The notes: a model not told the origin generated them from the sequence alone. A stretch of DNA of 64,000 bases from Bdellovibrionales bacterium (GCA_965217115.1 OZ244239.1:896001-960000); one strand, 5' to 3'. Shown: positions 43,918 to 54,916, numbered from the stretch's first letter. Numbers and translations: made by a program.

Positions 43918-45630
43918 TCAAAGGCTCTTGCCCCCTCGATAACGATACAGAGGCAGGTAATTAGGATAGAGTTTTTCAATTTTCTCAATCCAATATTTTT
44001 TTCGCTTTGAAGTTTTTAACAACCCCATATAAGCAGGGAGAAGGCGACTGTTTATCTTTAAAGCCTCTTGCCAACGACTCTTAGCACATTTTAACTTGTT
44101 TCTCTCAGCACAAATTGATCCTTCTATTAAAAAAGGCAGGGCATATTTCTTGCTTTTTTGGGCAACTCTTCCTGATGAGATTGCCTCTCCATCTTGCCCT
44201 GTTCTTCTCAAGTAAAAGGCTCGAATTGTCTGAACAAAGCCATCCTTTGGAGCCATGAACACAGCCTCGTCAATAAATTTAGTCGCCTCATGCTCCCTCT
44301 GGGATAAAACCAAGCACAAGGAATAAAGAGCTCTCTGTCTACTCTTTCTTAAAAGATTCTCTGAAACAAATTTACATTCATCAAATAAATCAATCCAATC
44401 AATATCACTTTTATAAACTAAGATATCCCTGTAATAATTCTGTGGGCTATCTCCTAAAGCATCTAAAAAGCCCCTTAGAAACCTCCCCTCCTTTTTCGTA
44501 TTTCCCAGTATTGCACTGTAAGCTTTCAACAAAAAAGCGGGCGCTCTATAAGGGTTTAACTGATCAGTCACAATTTTCAATGCCTGATTAGCTCTCAATA
44601 AAATTTTCCCCCGCTCTTTGCCTTGAAGGTTTTTTTTATACTCCTTTAAATACCCCCAACCAGAGATAAAGTAAGATAACAGAGAGGACTCTCCAACCTC
44701 CATCACTTCCTTAGAGGATGTTTTTAAATTTCTCCATTGCTTTTGATGGAAATTTAACATCATTTTATTTAACAGAGCTGAAGTGAAATTTCCGTTAATA
44801 CTTAAAGCCTTCAACAGTTGATTTTCAGCTTGCTCCCAATCATTGCTCTCCATATAGAGAAGGCCCAAAGCCGTGTAAACCTCCACTGCGACTTGCCTCC
44901 CTCTCTTAGATGCAAGCAAGGACTCTAATTCCCTCCGAGCAGCAACTCTCTCTCCCTTCAGAATCATACGCAAAGGAGATAGCTTCACTAAAATCTCTGA
45001 TTGATTGGGGATTAAAACATCTGCTTGAGATAAAAAACTCCACGCACCTTCATAATCACCCACCTGATAAGAATCCCATCCTTTATTTGCCAAGTTTTCA
45101 AAATTATTTATTTTAGATTTAAACACACTGTTTTTGATTAAAAAAAACACTCCTGATATGAGAATAAATGCCACGACTGTGACCCACAGGTATTTTCGAT
45201 AGGATGAGATTTTTTTTTCAACCTCTCTCTCTATATTTGAACCAAAACGCTTTTCTGCTTTTTTACTTTCCCCCTTAATAAGTTCCTCTGGCAATACAAA
45301 CTCAGGATCTGTTTTATCAAAATTACCAACATCCAGAACATCTGTGTCCGTAATTGTATTATTAATACTTACGGTTCTTGTCTTATCATTCAGAGAGAGA
45401 TTTGTTCTCTCTATCGTGCTGTCCATCATCTCTTCTCTTAATTTGGAAAAATGAGGCTCTAAAGAGATTTGACAATATCTTCCGAAGGGCTGACAAATCT
45501 CATCGTCATCGATAAGGTTTCCATTTTGTAAATGCTCTGCAATTTCATTATAACTATAGGGACCAAGTAGCTCACCATTAGAGCGAACAAGCCATTTTTT
45601 TATTTGTTTATCATTCTTCTTTAAAGACAC
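43918..45630 (-). CDS. Membrane protein: GYF_2-like N-domain, single TM, periplasmic TPR repeats
   Basis: WLVRSNGELLGPYS; TM LWVTVVAFILISGVFFLI; TPR-like ALGLLYMESNDWEQAENQLLKAL. Confidence 0.75.
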   Translation of the reverse strand: MSLKKNDKQIKKWLVRSNGELLGPYSYNEIAEHLQNGNLIDDDEICQPFGRYCQISLEPHFSKLREEMMDSTIERTNLSLNDKTRTVSINNTITDTDVLDVGNFDKTDPEFVLPEELIKGESKKAEKRFGSNIEREVEKKISSYRKYLWVTVVAFILISGVFFLIKNSVFKSKINNFENLANKGWDSYQVGDYEGAWSFLSQADVLIPNQSEILVKLSPLRMILKGERVAARRELESLLASKRGRQVAVEVYTALGLLYMESNDWEQAENQLLKALSINGNFTSALLNKMMLNFHQKQWRNLKTSSKEVMEVGESSLLSYFISGWGYLKEYKKNLQGKERGKILLRANQALKIVTDQLNPYRAPAFLLKAYSAILGNTKKEGRFLRGFLDALGDSPQNYYRDILVYKSDIDWIDLFDECKFVSENLLRKSRQRALYSLCLVLSQREHEATKFIDEAVFMAPKDGFVQTIRAFYLRRTGQDGEAISSGRVAQKSKKYALPFLIEGSICAERNKLKCAKSRWQEALKINSRLLPAYMGLLKTSKRKKYWIEKIEKLYPNYLPLYRYRGGKSL

Positions 45631-45639
45631 TCTTTTACC

Positions 45640-47199
45640 TCAATGACGAAAATGTCTTTCCCCTGTCAAAAGAATATTTACTCCCAATTCACTGGCTTTG
45701 AGCAAAACTTCTTTATCCCGGATAGAACCACCTGGTTGAATAATCCAACGAATGCCAGCACGATCTATTTCTTCAATAGAGTCTTCAAAAGGAAAAAATG
45801 CGTCACTGGCCAAAACGGCTTCTTTGCAATCAGGGTGAAACTCTTTCATCCGACTAATTGCTTGTCTAACAGCATCTACTCGATTGACTTGCCCCATACC
45901 TAATCCCAAAGACTGCCCCTGCCCACAAATAGCTATGGCATTGCTCTTTAAATGGGCACACACGTTCCATGCAAATTGTAAATCTGCCTTAATACAAGAA
46001 GAAGGCTCTTCCCCTGACACTGTCCATCCATCATTCCACGGGGACGGCTCATCTTGATTTTGCACTAAAAAACCTCCTGCCACTGTTTTTACTTCAACAG
46101 CATTCATTCCAGGTATTTCTTCCAAATCTAGCATTTGTGGCCACTTTAAAAGACGCAAGTTTTTTTTCTTCTGTAAAATTTTTAAAGACTCTTGAGAAAA
46201 AGAGGGTGCTACCACACACTCTAAAAACAACGAATTTAAAAGTTTCGCAACTTCTTCCGTCACTTCTTCATTCACCGATACAATACCACCAAACACACTC
46301 ATTGGGTCTGCTTTTAGAGACTTATTAACTGCCTCGGTTAAATTCTCTCCAACAGCAACGCCACAAGGATTATTATGCTTTACCGAAACTGCCGCAGCCT
46401 GATCTTTAAAGGAGCGCAGCACCCTTGTCGCCGCTTCCAAATCCAAAATATTATTGTAGGATAACATCTTGCCCTGTAAAATTTCTGATTGATGCAAGCC
46501 ACTCAAGGCTCCTTTGGTTTTGTACCAAGATGCCGATTGATGGGGGTTTTCACCATAGCGTAGGCGAGATTGCAAAGCCCCCCCTAATGAATACTCTAAA
46601 TCTAGTTTATTATTTAATTTTCGTGCGATCATGCTGTCATAGGAAGAAACATGAGCAAAAATTTTCGCTGCTAACTCTTTTCTTTCATCAATGCTTAATT
46701 TATCTCCTGATAAATCTTTCTGTGCAATCCAATCATAATCAGACGGATGACAAACCACTGTAACACGTTCAAAACCTTTAGCTGCGCCCCTTAAAAAACT
46801 CGGTCCACCAATATCAATAAAATCACTCAACTCACGGTCAGCTAAACCTTTCTGCGAAGCCTCTTCAAAGGGGTAAAGATTACCAATCACTAAATCAATA
46901 GGCTGTAGCTGATATTTTTCAAGAGTTTGCAAGTCCTCTGACTTATAACCTCTCGCCAAAATAGACATGTGAATATGGGGATGTAAAGTCTTTACACGAC
47001 CATCCATAACCTCTGGAAACCCCGTATACTCGCTCACATCCATGACCTTTAAACCATTTTCCCTTAAATGTCGTGCTGTTCCGCCTGTAGAAAGTATCTT
47101 TAAACCACGGTGAGCAAAATTATTTAAAAAATCAACAAGCCCCTCTTTGTTAGAAGCACTCACCAGAGCCAGTTTAAACTGTGATAGAGATTCAGACAC
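45640..47199 (-). CDS. purH: Bifunctional AICAR transformylase / IMP cyclohydrolase
   Basis: GRVKTLHP, IDIGGPS, LRYGENPHQ, KHNNPCG, SDAFFPF. Confidence 0.98.
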   Translation of the reverse strand: MSESLSQFKLALVSASNKEGLVDFLNNFAHRGLKILSTGGTARHLRENGLKVMDVSEYTGFPEVMDGRVKTLHPHIHMSILARGYKSEDLQTLEKYQLQPIDLVIGNLYPFEEASQKGLADRELSDFIDIGGPSFLRGAAKGFERVTVVCHPSDYDWIAQKDLSGDKLSIDERKELAAKIFAHVSSYDSMIARKLNNKLDLEYSLGGALQSRLRYGENPHQSASWYKTKGALSGLHQSEILQGKMLSYNNILDLEAATRVLRSFKDQAAAVSVKHNNPCGVAVGENLTEAVNKSLKADPMSVFGGIVSVNEEVTEEVAKLLNSLFLECVVAPSFSQESLKILQKKKNLRLLKWPQMLDLEEIPGMNAVEVKTVAGGFLVQNQDEPSPWNDGWTVSGEEPSSCIKADLQFAWNVCAHLKSNAIAICGQGQSLGLGMGQVNRVDAVRQAISRMKEFHPDCKEAVLASDAFFPFEDSIEEIDRAGIRWIIQPGGSIRDKEVLLKASELGVNILLTGERHFRH

Positions 47200-48581
47200 T
47201 AAAAAGAAGCTCCTGTAGCCAATAGTTTTAAATCATCATTGGTAAGAAATAATCCAATTCCAAAATAGTCAGATTTTTTTTTGCCCAAGACATCATCTAC
47301 ACCACCGTGAATGTAAATACCTTTGTAAATATCCATCTTTGCACTTAAGCGTAAGTTCAAATAAGAAAAATCTAACGCCTCCATAGAAAATTTAAATTTC
47401 TGACGAAACATATGATAATCAATCCCAAACCCACCTGTATTTTCTATAAGCCCACCCTTTACAGTGAAGTCATAAAAGTTTTTCGCAAATAACGCAGTCA
47501 ATTTCACCTTATTTCTAAATGTTACTGTTTCAATGGTGCTCACTGAATCACCGGGAATCGTCTCCGTATCTTTTTCCGTAACCTCCCTAACTCCAGTAGG
47601 ATCATCAACGACTCCAAGATAATAATAACGATCCAGACCAGGCTGAATCTTTACACCTAACGTTGATTTAGATATATTGGAAACAGGATAATGGTTTGTA
47701 TAAAAATCAATACTCGTTTGCAAACGATAGCCCGATCCTAAAAGGTTATTCACTCCTTCAATGGCTTCATTCAGCTCATCCACCGTCTGACTATCGTTCA
47801 CCAAGCGCCCTAAAGTCCCCTCTCCCGAATTAATTTTATCTGTGATCTCTGCCGTATTCTGTAACGTGCGATCAATACGAGATAGACTCTCCACGGCTTT
47901 ACTCCATGCTGCTTTAAAACCATTATCACTTTCATTATTAATGAAACCATCTAGAGTTTTAGAAACACGCTTAAACTCTTTGACCATGCTTCGAACATCT
48001 TTTTTATTATCCGAAGCCATTTCAGATATATCAGTTGTCAAGTTTTCTAAATTTCTCATCACGCGTCCAAAGGAGTCACCGGTGTTTCCATCTCCTTTCA
48101 AAGCATTGCGCATCGTATTGGCAACATCACCCACGACTTTAGATATTCTACCCATCTGTGTTAATAACGCCTGAATAGACCCTCTGTCTTCCACATAGAA
48201 AATCTGTCCCCCTTCCTCTAGAACAAGGTCATTCTCGTCCCCCGCTACCACCTCGATATGCTTATCTCCTAAGATACCATTGGCTCTAATTTCAATGCGT
48301 GCGCTATTAGTCAACGGAACGTCTGCATCAAGCACCATATCCACTCGTGCCAAGCCATTTTGTAAACGAATATCCTTAATTATACCAATGTTAATTCCAG
48401 CCATCTTAACACCACTGTTTTTCACTAAACCACTGGCATCACTCACAACAAACCAAGCCTTTCGAGAACCCCCTAAATAATTAGACTTTTCACTCACTTG
48501 CATGGACATAAAAGCAACAAGGCCTGCCACCACTGCCACCAAAAGACCTACTTTAAATTCCACTGCACCAAGAACACTCAT
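47199..48581 (-). CDS. mlaD: MCE/MlaD family protein with long helical region and beta-rich C-terminal extension
   Basis: EFKVGL TM, SGLVKNSGVKMAGINIG, GILGDKHI. Confidence 0.88.
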   Translation of the reverse strand: MSVLGAVEFKVGLLVAVVAGLVAFMSMQVSEKSNYLGGSRKAWFVVSDASGLVKNSGVKMAGINIGIIKDIRLQNGLARVDMVLDADVPLTNSARIEIRANGILGDKHIEVVAGDENDLVLEEGGQIFYVEDRGSIQALLTQMGRISKVVGDVANTMRNALKGDGNTGDSFGRVMRNLENLTTDISEMASDNKKDVRSMVKEFKRVSKTLDGFINNESDNGFKAAWSKAVESLSRIDRTLQNTAEITDKINSGEGTLGRLVNDSQTVDELNEAIEGVNNLLGSGYRLQTSIDFYTNHYPVSNISKSTLGVKIQPGLDRYYYLGVVDDPTGVREVTEKDTETIPGDSVSTIETVTFRNKVKLTALFAKNFYDFTVKGGLIENTGGFGIDYHMFRQKFKFSMEALDFSYLNLRLSAKMDIYKGIYIHGGVDDVLGKKKSDYFGIGLFLTNDDLKLLATGASF

Positions 48582-48588
48582 TATTATC

Positions 48589-49350
48589 TCAAACCTTTTG
48601 CCTTAAACCTTTTTCTATAAAACTCTTCACTAGAGGAATCTCAGATTTTAAAAAATCCTCTGATGTTCCTGCAAACAAAACTTTCCCCCCATCAAGCATG
48701 GCAACACTGTCACTTATTCGAAAAGCCGCATACATATCATGGGTTACTACAATTGATGTTATCCCCTCTCGATGATTATGTGTACTTAGAATTAAATTAT
48801 CAACCATCTCTGCCCGTATAGGGTCTAGTCCAGTTGTGGGCTCATCATAAACTAAAATATCTGGGTCCAAGGCTAAAGCCCTGGCCAAGCCCACGCGTTT
48901 ACGCATTCCTCCACTCAACTCTGAAGGCATCTTGCCATAATGCTTTTCTTCCATTTCCACTAATTTTAATTTCTGCAAAGCGATTTCATTCACCTCTTTA
49001 GGTTTTAAATCACGACGATGTTCAAATAAAGGAAAGCAAACATTACCAAGAACTGTCTCATCATCAAAGAGAGCTGCATGCTGAAACAACATTCCAAAAT
49101 TACAACGAAACCGAGTGAGCGCTCTTTGAGACATTACCGATAAATCACAGCCCAAAACTTCAATCGCTCCCCTCGTCGGAGCTAAAAGACCTAAAATATG
49201 CCGCAAAAGAACACTCTTACCCGCTCCACTATAGCCTATAATAGAAGTGATTTTTCCTCTTGGGATTTCAAAGTTCATTCCATCAATGATGTAATCTTCT
49301 CCATCATTGAATGTTTTATACAGGTTTTTAACTGAAACTGCCGTTTTCAC
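48589..49350 (-). CDS. mlaF: MlaF-like ABC ATPase
   Basis: GYSGAGKS, LSGGMRKRVGLARA, YDEPTTGLDP. Confidence 0.92.
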   Translation of the reverse strand: MKTAVSVKNLYKTFNDGEDYIIDGMNFEIPRGKITSIIGYSGAGKSVLLRHILGLLAPTRGAIEVLGCDLSVMSQRALTRFRCNFGMLFQHAALFDDETVLGNVCFPLFEHRRDLKPKEVNEIALQKLKLVEMEEKHYGKMPSELSGGMRKRVGLARALALDPDILVYDEPTTGLDPIRAEMVDNLILSTHNHREGITSIVVTHDMYAAFRISDSVAMLDGGKVLFAGTSEDFLKSEIPLVKSFIEKGLRQKV

Positions 49351-50147
49351 TACAAAACCCCTATAAAAGAGTAATAAATACGAATCAAATTAGTTAAAAA
49401 ATAATCAAGAACAATGATCAGAACCATGCTCGTCACCACACCTCGGTTCGTCGATTCACCAACTCCCTTCGCTCCACCCGTCGTAAAAAAGCCTCGATAC
49501 ACACAAATCGTTGAAAAAACAAAACCAAACACAGATGCCTTTAAAAGGCCCTCAGCAATATGGTGAGGTTCCAGATTTTTACGAATTTTATCCCAAAAAA
49601 TAGCCTCATCCAACTTGAGCAAATTCACACATAGAAAATAAGCTCCCAATATAGCTACAAAATCAAAAATAGCGCAAAGTACTGGCATTGAAATAATCGC
49701 TGCATAAATTCTCGGCACTACGAGATATTGCTTAGAATTAATTCCCATAACTTCGAGGGCATCAATCTGCTCACTCACCCGCATTGTACCTAGCTGAGCA
49801 GCCATTGCTCCTCCTGCCCTCGCCGAGACAATAAGACCTGCTAAAACAGGGCCCAATTCCCTCGTAATACCGAAAGCCACAGTGGAGCCCACCAAGTTAA
49901 CAGCATTGACTATCTTAAAACCTAAAAATACCTGAAAAGCCAATGCCAATCCCGTAAATAAACCTGTCAATACGATAATGAGTACCGATCTATTACCAAT
50001 AAAGTAAATATGCTGAATCAACTCAGGAATACGATAGGGTCGAGTGAAGCTCAGACAAATGGACTCTGAAAAGAAGACAGCTATTCGTCCCATTTCTAAA
50101 ATAAGCTGATAAAATAACTGAAATATGCTGTTCAATAAATTCTTCAC
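49350..50147 (-). CDS. mlaE: MlaE-like ABC permease
   Basis: RELGPVL, MRVSEQIDALEVMG, GGAKGVG. Confidence 0.93.
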   Translation of the reverse strand: MKNLLNSIFQLFYQLILEMGRIAVFFSESICLSFTRPYRIPELIQHIYFIGNRSVLIIVLTGLFTGLALAFQVFLGFKIVNAVNLVGSTVAFGITRELGPVLAGLIVSARAGGAMAAQLGTMRVSEQIDALEVMGINSKQYLVVPRIYAAIISMPVLCAIFDFVAILGAYFLCVNLLKLDEAIFWDKIRKNLEPHHIAEGLLKASVFGFVFSTICVYRGFFTTGGAKGVGESTNRGVVTSMVLIIVLDYFLTNLIRIYYSFIGVL

Positions 50148-50188
50148 GTTGCTCGATCCACTTCATCAATTTTTTTAAAGAACTGATT

Positions 50189-51382
50189 TTACTTTAAAAT
50201 CCGAGGAACCCGTGGGCTAATACCTGTAAGAATCTCATAAGGTATCATTTCCGCCTGATGAGACAACTCACTTACACACAAGATCACCGATCCCTCTTTA
50301 CCAAATAAAGTAAAATTTTCTCCTTCCTTAGGGGTCTTCCCCTTTATTGCCAATTCTGTTACATCAAAGAAAGTATACCCCATACACACTCGACCGACTT
50401 GTGGAACACGCTCTCCCTTGTACAAAGCTAGACTTTTGTTAGATAAGCAGCGTGGATACCCATCAGCATAACCACAGAAAATCAAAGCCAGAAGAGAGTC
50501 AGATTCTGCTTTCCAAGTTCCTCCATAGGAGATTTTCTGCCCTTTTTTCACCTCACGTACAGACATCACCTCTCCCTTCAAGGACATAACTGGGCGCAAA
50601 TCAAAATTTTCTCTTTTTATATTCTCTGGCAAAACCCCATAAAGAGCCAAGCCTGGTCGCATTCCCTTAGCTACAGACAGTAACTCCTTTGGGAAAATCT
50701 CTTCTCTGAGTAATTCAATAAGCCCCAAAGCCCCTGGACTGTTAAGACAATGAATGTCAACACCCTCGCACCACTCGCCAAGATCTCGCATAAATTTCTT
50801 AAAAAGAGTTAACTGTCTAATACTATCGCCAAGTGGATCCGCAATATCTTCTCCTGCCATTAAATGAGTGCCTATGCCAATGATCTTCACTGTCGAACAA
50901 GCAACAATTTCTTCTTTTATTTTTTCTATTTCATCATGAACAAACCCCATACGAGACATTCCTGTATCGAGTTTAATATGTATCGGGTACCTCTTTTGAG
51001 TCTCCTCTTTTGAAAAAAACTGAGACAATACTTGAGACAAAGCCCTCCACTGCCTCCAACTTCCAACAACGGGCGTACAACCATTTTTGATTAACTGATT
51101 TGCACCTTCCTGGGAAAAACCTCCAAAAACTAAAATCTCTGCCTGGATATTGGCTTCACGTAAAGCAACAGCCTCTTCAACAAGGCTCACGCCCAGATGA
51201 GTCACACCCTCTTCTTCTAAAATTCTCGCCACCGAAATCAATCCATGGCCATAACCATCGGCTTTCACCATTGGACAAAAGAATGGACTCCCCATTTCTT
51301 TATTGATCGCTAACAAAAAGCGACAATTATGCCTAAGATTTTTTCCACTGATTTCGGCAAAAGTATTACGAAATTGTTTCAA
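50189..51382 (-). CDS. alr: Alanine racemase
   Basis: VKADGYGHG PLP motif, KLDTGMSRMG, GYADGY, VGRVCM. Confidence 0.96.
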   Translation of the reverse strand: MKQFRNTFAEISGKNLRHNCRFLLAINKEMGSPFFCPMVKADGYGHGLISVARILEEEGVTHLGVSLVEEAVALREANIQAEILVFGGFSQEGANQLIKNGCTPVVGSWRQWRALSQVLSQFFSKEETQKRYPIHIKLDTGMSRMGFVHDEIEKIKEEIVACSTVKIIGIGTHLMAGEDIADPLGDSIRQLTLFKKFMRDLGEWCEGVDIHCLNSPGALGLIELLREEIFPKELLSVAKGMRPGLALYGVLPENIKRENFDLRPVMSLKGEVMSVREVKKGQKISYGGTWKAESDSLLALIFCGYADGYPRCLSNKSLALYKGERVPQVGRVCMGYTFFDVTELAIKGKTPKEGENFTLFGKEGSVILCVSELSHQAEMIPYEILTGISPRVPRILK

Positions 51383-53070
51383 ACTCCCCTCTCGGCATAA
51401 ACAAAGTTATCTTTTCCTTGATCTATTTCAAATACAACTTCCACCACAGTTCCTTTTCCTATTTCAGAAGTTATATTTAATTCAGCTCCAAATGAAGTCA
51501 AAACACCTAAGACCACTGATACTCCCATACCCTTGTTTTCAACAGATTTTGACGAAAAAGGTTCCTTAATCTGTCGCAACTGCTCTTGAGACATACCACA
51601 ACCCGAATCTATTATTAGTAAATGAACTTTTTCACCTTTACTCTCAACCTTTACACTTAAGGTTGATGTGTCTGTTCTAGCCATTGCTTCCAGAGAGTTA
51701 TTTATAATTTCCGTCAACACTAACTGCAATAATGACGGTTCTGCTTTCACACAGCCACTAAAAGTATCCTCCACTTCCAAAGTGATTTCTAAATCCTGTA
51801 TCTTTAGCTCAAAAAACTTCAATACAGTGGGAATCAAAATCTTTAAATTAACTGAAACTGTTTCCATCCTCTCTAAACCAGCAAACAAGCTTAGGCGGTC
51901 TAATACTTCACGAATTTTCCTAGCACTCTCCTCTATTGCTCTCAAGTTTCCCTGAGTTTCATCCTCAACTCTCCTGGCTCCCATTAATTTTGCCTGACCT
52001 ATAATAGATGTGGTCGGCGGAACCAAGTTTTGTACAATACCTCTAGACATTTTCAATAAAGCTCTCTTCCTTATCTCAAATTCATCCACGATATTTGTCA
52101 TTGAAGATTCTATTTTTTTCTTTTTTCTATCTAAGTTCCATTTCTCATTGTTGTTATTGTATTTCTCCATGGAGGAACTCTTCTCTTCTTGAAGAACTAA
52201 TCGTTTTGTAGATTTTTGTAGGCATAAATAAAGTATTAATGAACACAAAAGAATCAATCCTAAAAAAATAAATATCAACTTTAAGAGCAAAGGGTTTATG
52301 GTTTTGTCTAAATCGTATTCCCAAAAAAAATACAAATTATTATAAGGAGGCTTTTTTATATATTTTCCTAAAGAACTTTTATCATCCTCTTTAAGTTCTA
52401 AAGGAAATAGGACGTTGAGTGGGATCTCAATGTTTTCCAATATGCTTTTAAGAGGTCGTCTCTTGCCTTTCTCTTGAAAAGAGTAAAACACTTCCCCTTG
52501 ATCATTTATCAAAGAAATATTTCTTTTTTCTAGGTTTCTATGAAAAGAAATATTTAAAAACCTATTTTTCAAAAAACCTACTGCAACCAACGTCTGTGAT
52601 TTCTTTAAGGGCTTTATGAATAATGTCTTCTCATCTATACGGATAAAAGTTTCTGTGTTATTTGAAATAGTTTTTACTGATATTTTTTTAATTTTCTCTA
52701 AGATTTTTTTCTTTTCTTTTTCAAAACCATTATGCCAGCGCAGTGAAATTTGAGATTTTTTTATTTCAAATAACCATATTCCGATAAAAGCCTCTGGCAT
52801 TTTTGATTCAAAAAGAGAGTTTTCTTGTGATTGTGTGTAGTCAAGAAGCTGTTTTCCTAATTTTTGTATTTTATCATCTACTTTTTGAGTTAAGATGCTC
52901 ATATCTCTTTGTGCCAAAAACCGTATCGAATTTTGTTTTTCTTCAAACAGAGATCTCTGCGCTTGCCACAAAACTCCCCCTCCCACAAGAAGACCACTCA
53001 GCACGCCCACAAATAAAATCAAACTTTTTAACTGTAGCCTAAACACCAAAAACTCCTTAAAACAAGCCAT
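51379..53070 (-). CDS. Membrane sensor histidine-kinase-like protein lacking the phosphoacceptor His
   Basis: Two TMs; HATPase N box (EIINNSLEAM), DSGCGM, GKGT; H-box reads GIVQNLVPP. Confidence 0.75.
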   Translation of the reverse strand: MACFKEFLVFRLQLKSLILFVGVLSGLLVGGGVLWQAQRSLFEEKQNSIRFLAQRDMSILTQKVDDKIQKLGKQLLDYTQSQENSLFESKMPEAFIGIWLFEIKKSQISLRWHNGFEKEKKKILEKIKKISVKTISNNTETFIRIDEKTLFIKPLKKSQTLVAVGFLKNRFLNISFHRNLEKRNISLINDQGEVFYSFQEKGKRRPLKSILENIEIPLNVLFPLELKEDDKSSLGKYIKKPPYNNLYFFWEYDLDKTINPLLLKLIFIFLGLILLCSLILYLCLQKSTKRLVLQEEKSSSMEKYNNNNEKWNLDRKKKKIESSMTNIVDEFEIRKRALLKMSRGIVQNLVPPTTSIIGQAKLMGARRVEDETQGNLRAIEESARKIREVLDRLSLFAGLERMETVSVNLKILIPTVLKFFELKIQDLEITLEVEDTFSGCVKAEPSLLQLVLTEIINNSLEAMARTDTSTLSVKVESKGEKVHLLIIDSGCGMSQEQLRQIKEPFSSKSVENKGMGVSVVLGVLTSFGAELNITSEIGKGTVVEVVFEIDQGKDNFVYAERGV

Positions 53071-53308
53071 GCTATAAATAACACTCTATCAACTATTTCG
53101 CCCATTTATTTATTCTGACTTTTTCATCAAAAATACAATGTAATGCACCTAAAAATTTAAACAGGATTAATATAAATATATTTTAATATGAGCCTCTCAA
53201 AGAGAGCAAGCGACAAAGACTTTGACTCTCTGTATACCGTAAATATTTAGTCTATTTTTGTCAGAAACCTTGAAAACCCATCTAAAAAGAGTGTATATAA
53301 ATCTTTCT

Positions 53309-54916
53309 ATGAAAACCAATGAATGTGACTTTCTTATTATTGGATCGGGGCTAGCTGGCTTAACCGCAGCTATGCACCTTTCCAGATTAGGAGAGGTCCA
53401 TATTCTATCTAAAGGGCAACCTGATGAGACCAACACCTCAATGGCCCAGGGGGGTATTTCCTCCGTTAGCTCATCTGAGGATTCCTTTCTAAATCATATA
53501 AAAGACACTCTCACAGCAGGAGCAGGGCTCTGCCATGCTAATGTCGTTCGCAGTGTCATCGAACAAGCCCCCGATTGCATAAGGCAACTACAGGACTGGG
53601 GTGTACAGTTTGATCAAGACTCTCTCAAAAAAATGTCTCTCACCCGTGAGGGAGGCCATAATAAAAAAAGAATTCTCCATGTTAAAGATCAAACGGGGAA
53701 AGCTATTCACACCCAACTTTTACAAGTCACCCATGAATCCCCTCATATTAAATTTTTTTCCAATTACACAGGCATTGATCTTATTCTGGACGAACAGATT
53801 AAACCCTCTAAAACTCATCCAGCTTCTTGCATCGGGTGCTATGCACTAGATACTTCTTCCCAAGAAGTCATCGCATGGAAGTCCAAGATTACTATTTTAG
53901 CCACTGGTGGAGTTGGAAAAGCCTATCTTTACACTTCTAATTGGAGTGGCTCTACTGGAGATGGAATTGCGATGGGCTTTCGCGCCGGCACTCGAATCGC
54001 TAATATGGAATTTATGCAGTTTCACCCCACCTGCCTCCATCACCCTGAAGCAAGAAACTTTCTTATTTCTGAAACCCTCCGCGGAGAAGGCGCGTGTCTT
54101 ATCAATTCCCAGGGGCACAAGTTCATGGATGATCACCATGCCTTGGCTGAACTTGCGCCCCGTGACATTGTTGCTCGAGGCATTACTGCTGAAATAAGAA
54201 GAACAGGAGATAGCTGCGTATTTCTTGATATTACCCACAAACCTGCTGGTTTTTTGAAAACTCGCTTTCCTGTCATCTATAAACGCTGCCTTCAATATGG
54301 TATCGACTTAACCACTGATCCTATTCCCGTTATTCCAGCCGCACATTATCTCTGTGGTGGTCTTGTCAGCAATGAAGTAGGACAAACTGATATACAAGGC
54401 CTCTTTGCTCTTGGCGAAACGGCCTGCACGGGGCTTCATGGAGCGAATCGCTTGGCTTCTAATTCTCTATTAGAGTGCGTAGCCTATGCACATAATACCT
54501 ACAAATTTCTTCAAAAAAATATAGCTTCCTTCCCTCTCTCAAAAACAGATATTAAGAATTGGACTTCTCTTGAAAGCACAAATGATGACGAGCTTCTTGT
54601 TATTTCACAGACTTTAGATGAGATTCGCCATCTCATGTGGAACTACGTCGGCATTATTCGCTCTAATAAAAAACTTTCCCACGCGCAATCACGCCTCGAT
54701 AATATTATAAAAGAAACTAAGACTTATTATGGTCACTTTCAACTCTCTCAAGACCTCATAGAATTAAAAAATATCGCTCTAGTGGCAAAACTCACCGTTG
54801 AAAGCGCCCTACGACGTCAAGAGTCTATCGGTATTCACTACAATATTGATGCACCTAGAGCTACTGACTCAAAAAGTCATTTTAGTGATACCATTATCCT
54901 TCCCGGGCAGTTTTAG
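53309..54916 (+). CDS. nadB: L-aspartate oxidase
   Basis: IGSGLAG, AQGGI, REGGH, QFHPT, HGANRLASNSLLE. Confidence 0.95.
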   Translation: MKTNECDFLIIGSGLAGLTAAMHLSRLGEVHILSKGQPDETNTSMAQGGISSVSSSEDSFLNHIKDTLTAGAGLCHANVVRSVIEQAPDCIRQLQDWGVQFDQDSLKKMSLTREGGHNKKRILHVKDQTGKAIHTQLLQVTHESPHIKFFSNYTGIDLILDEQIKPSKTHPASCIGCYALDTSSQEVIAWKSKITILATGGVGKAYLYTSNWSGSTGDGIAMGFRAGTRIANMEFMQFHPTCLHHPEARNFLISETLRGEGACLINSQGHKFMDDHHALAELAPRDIVARGITAEIRRTGDSCVFLDITHKPAGFLKTRFPVIYKRCLQYGIDLTTDPIPVIPAAHYLCGGLVSNEVGQTDIQGLFALGETACTGLHGANRLASNSLLECVAYAHNTYKFLQKNIASFPLSKTDIKNWTSLESTNDDELLVISQTLDEIRHLMWNYVGIIRSNKKLSHAQSRLDNIIKETKTYYGHFQLSQDLIELKNIALVAKLTVESALRRQESIGIHYNIDAPRATDSKSHFSDTIILPGQF

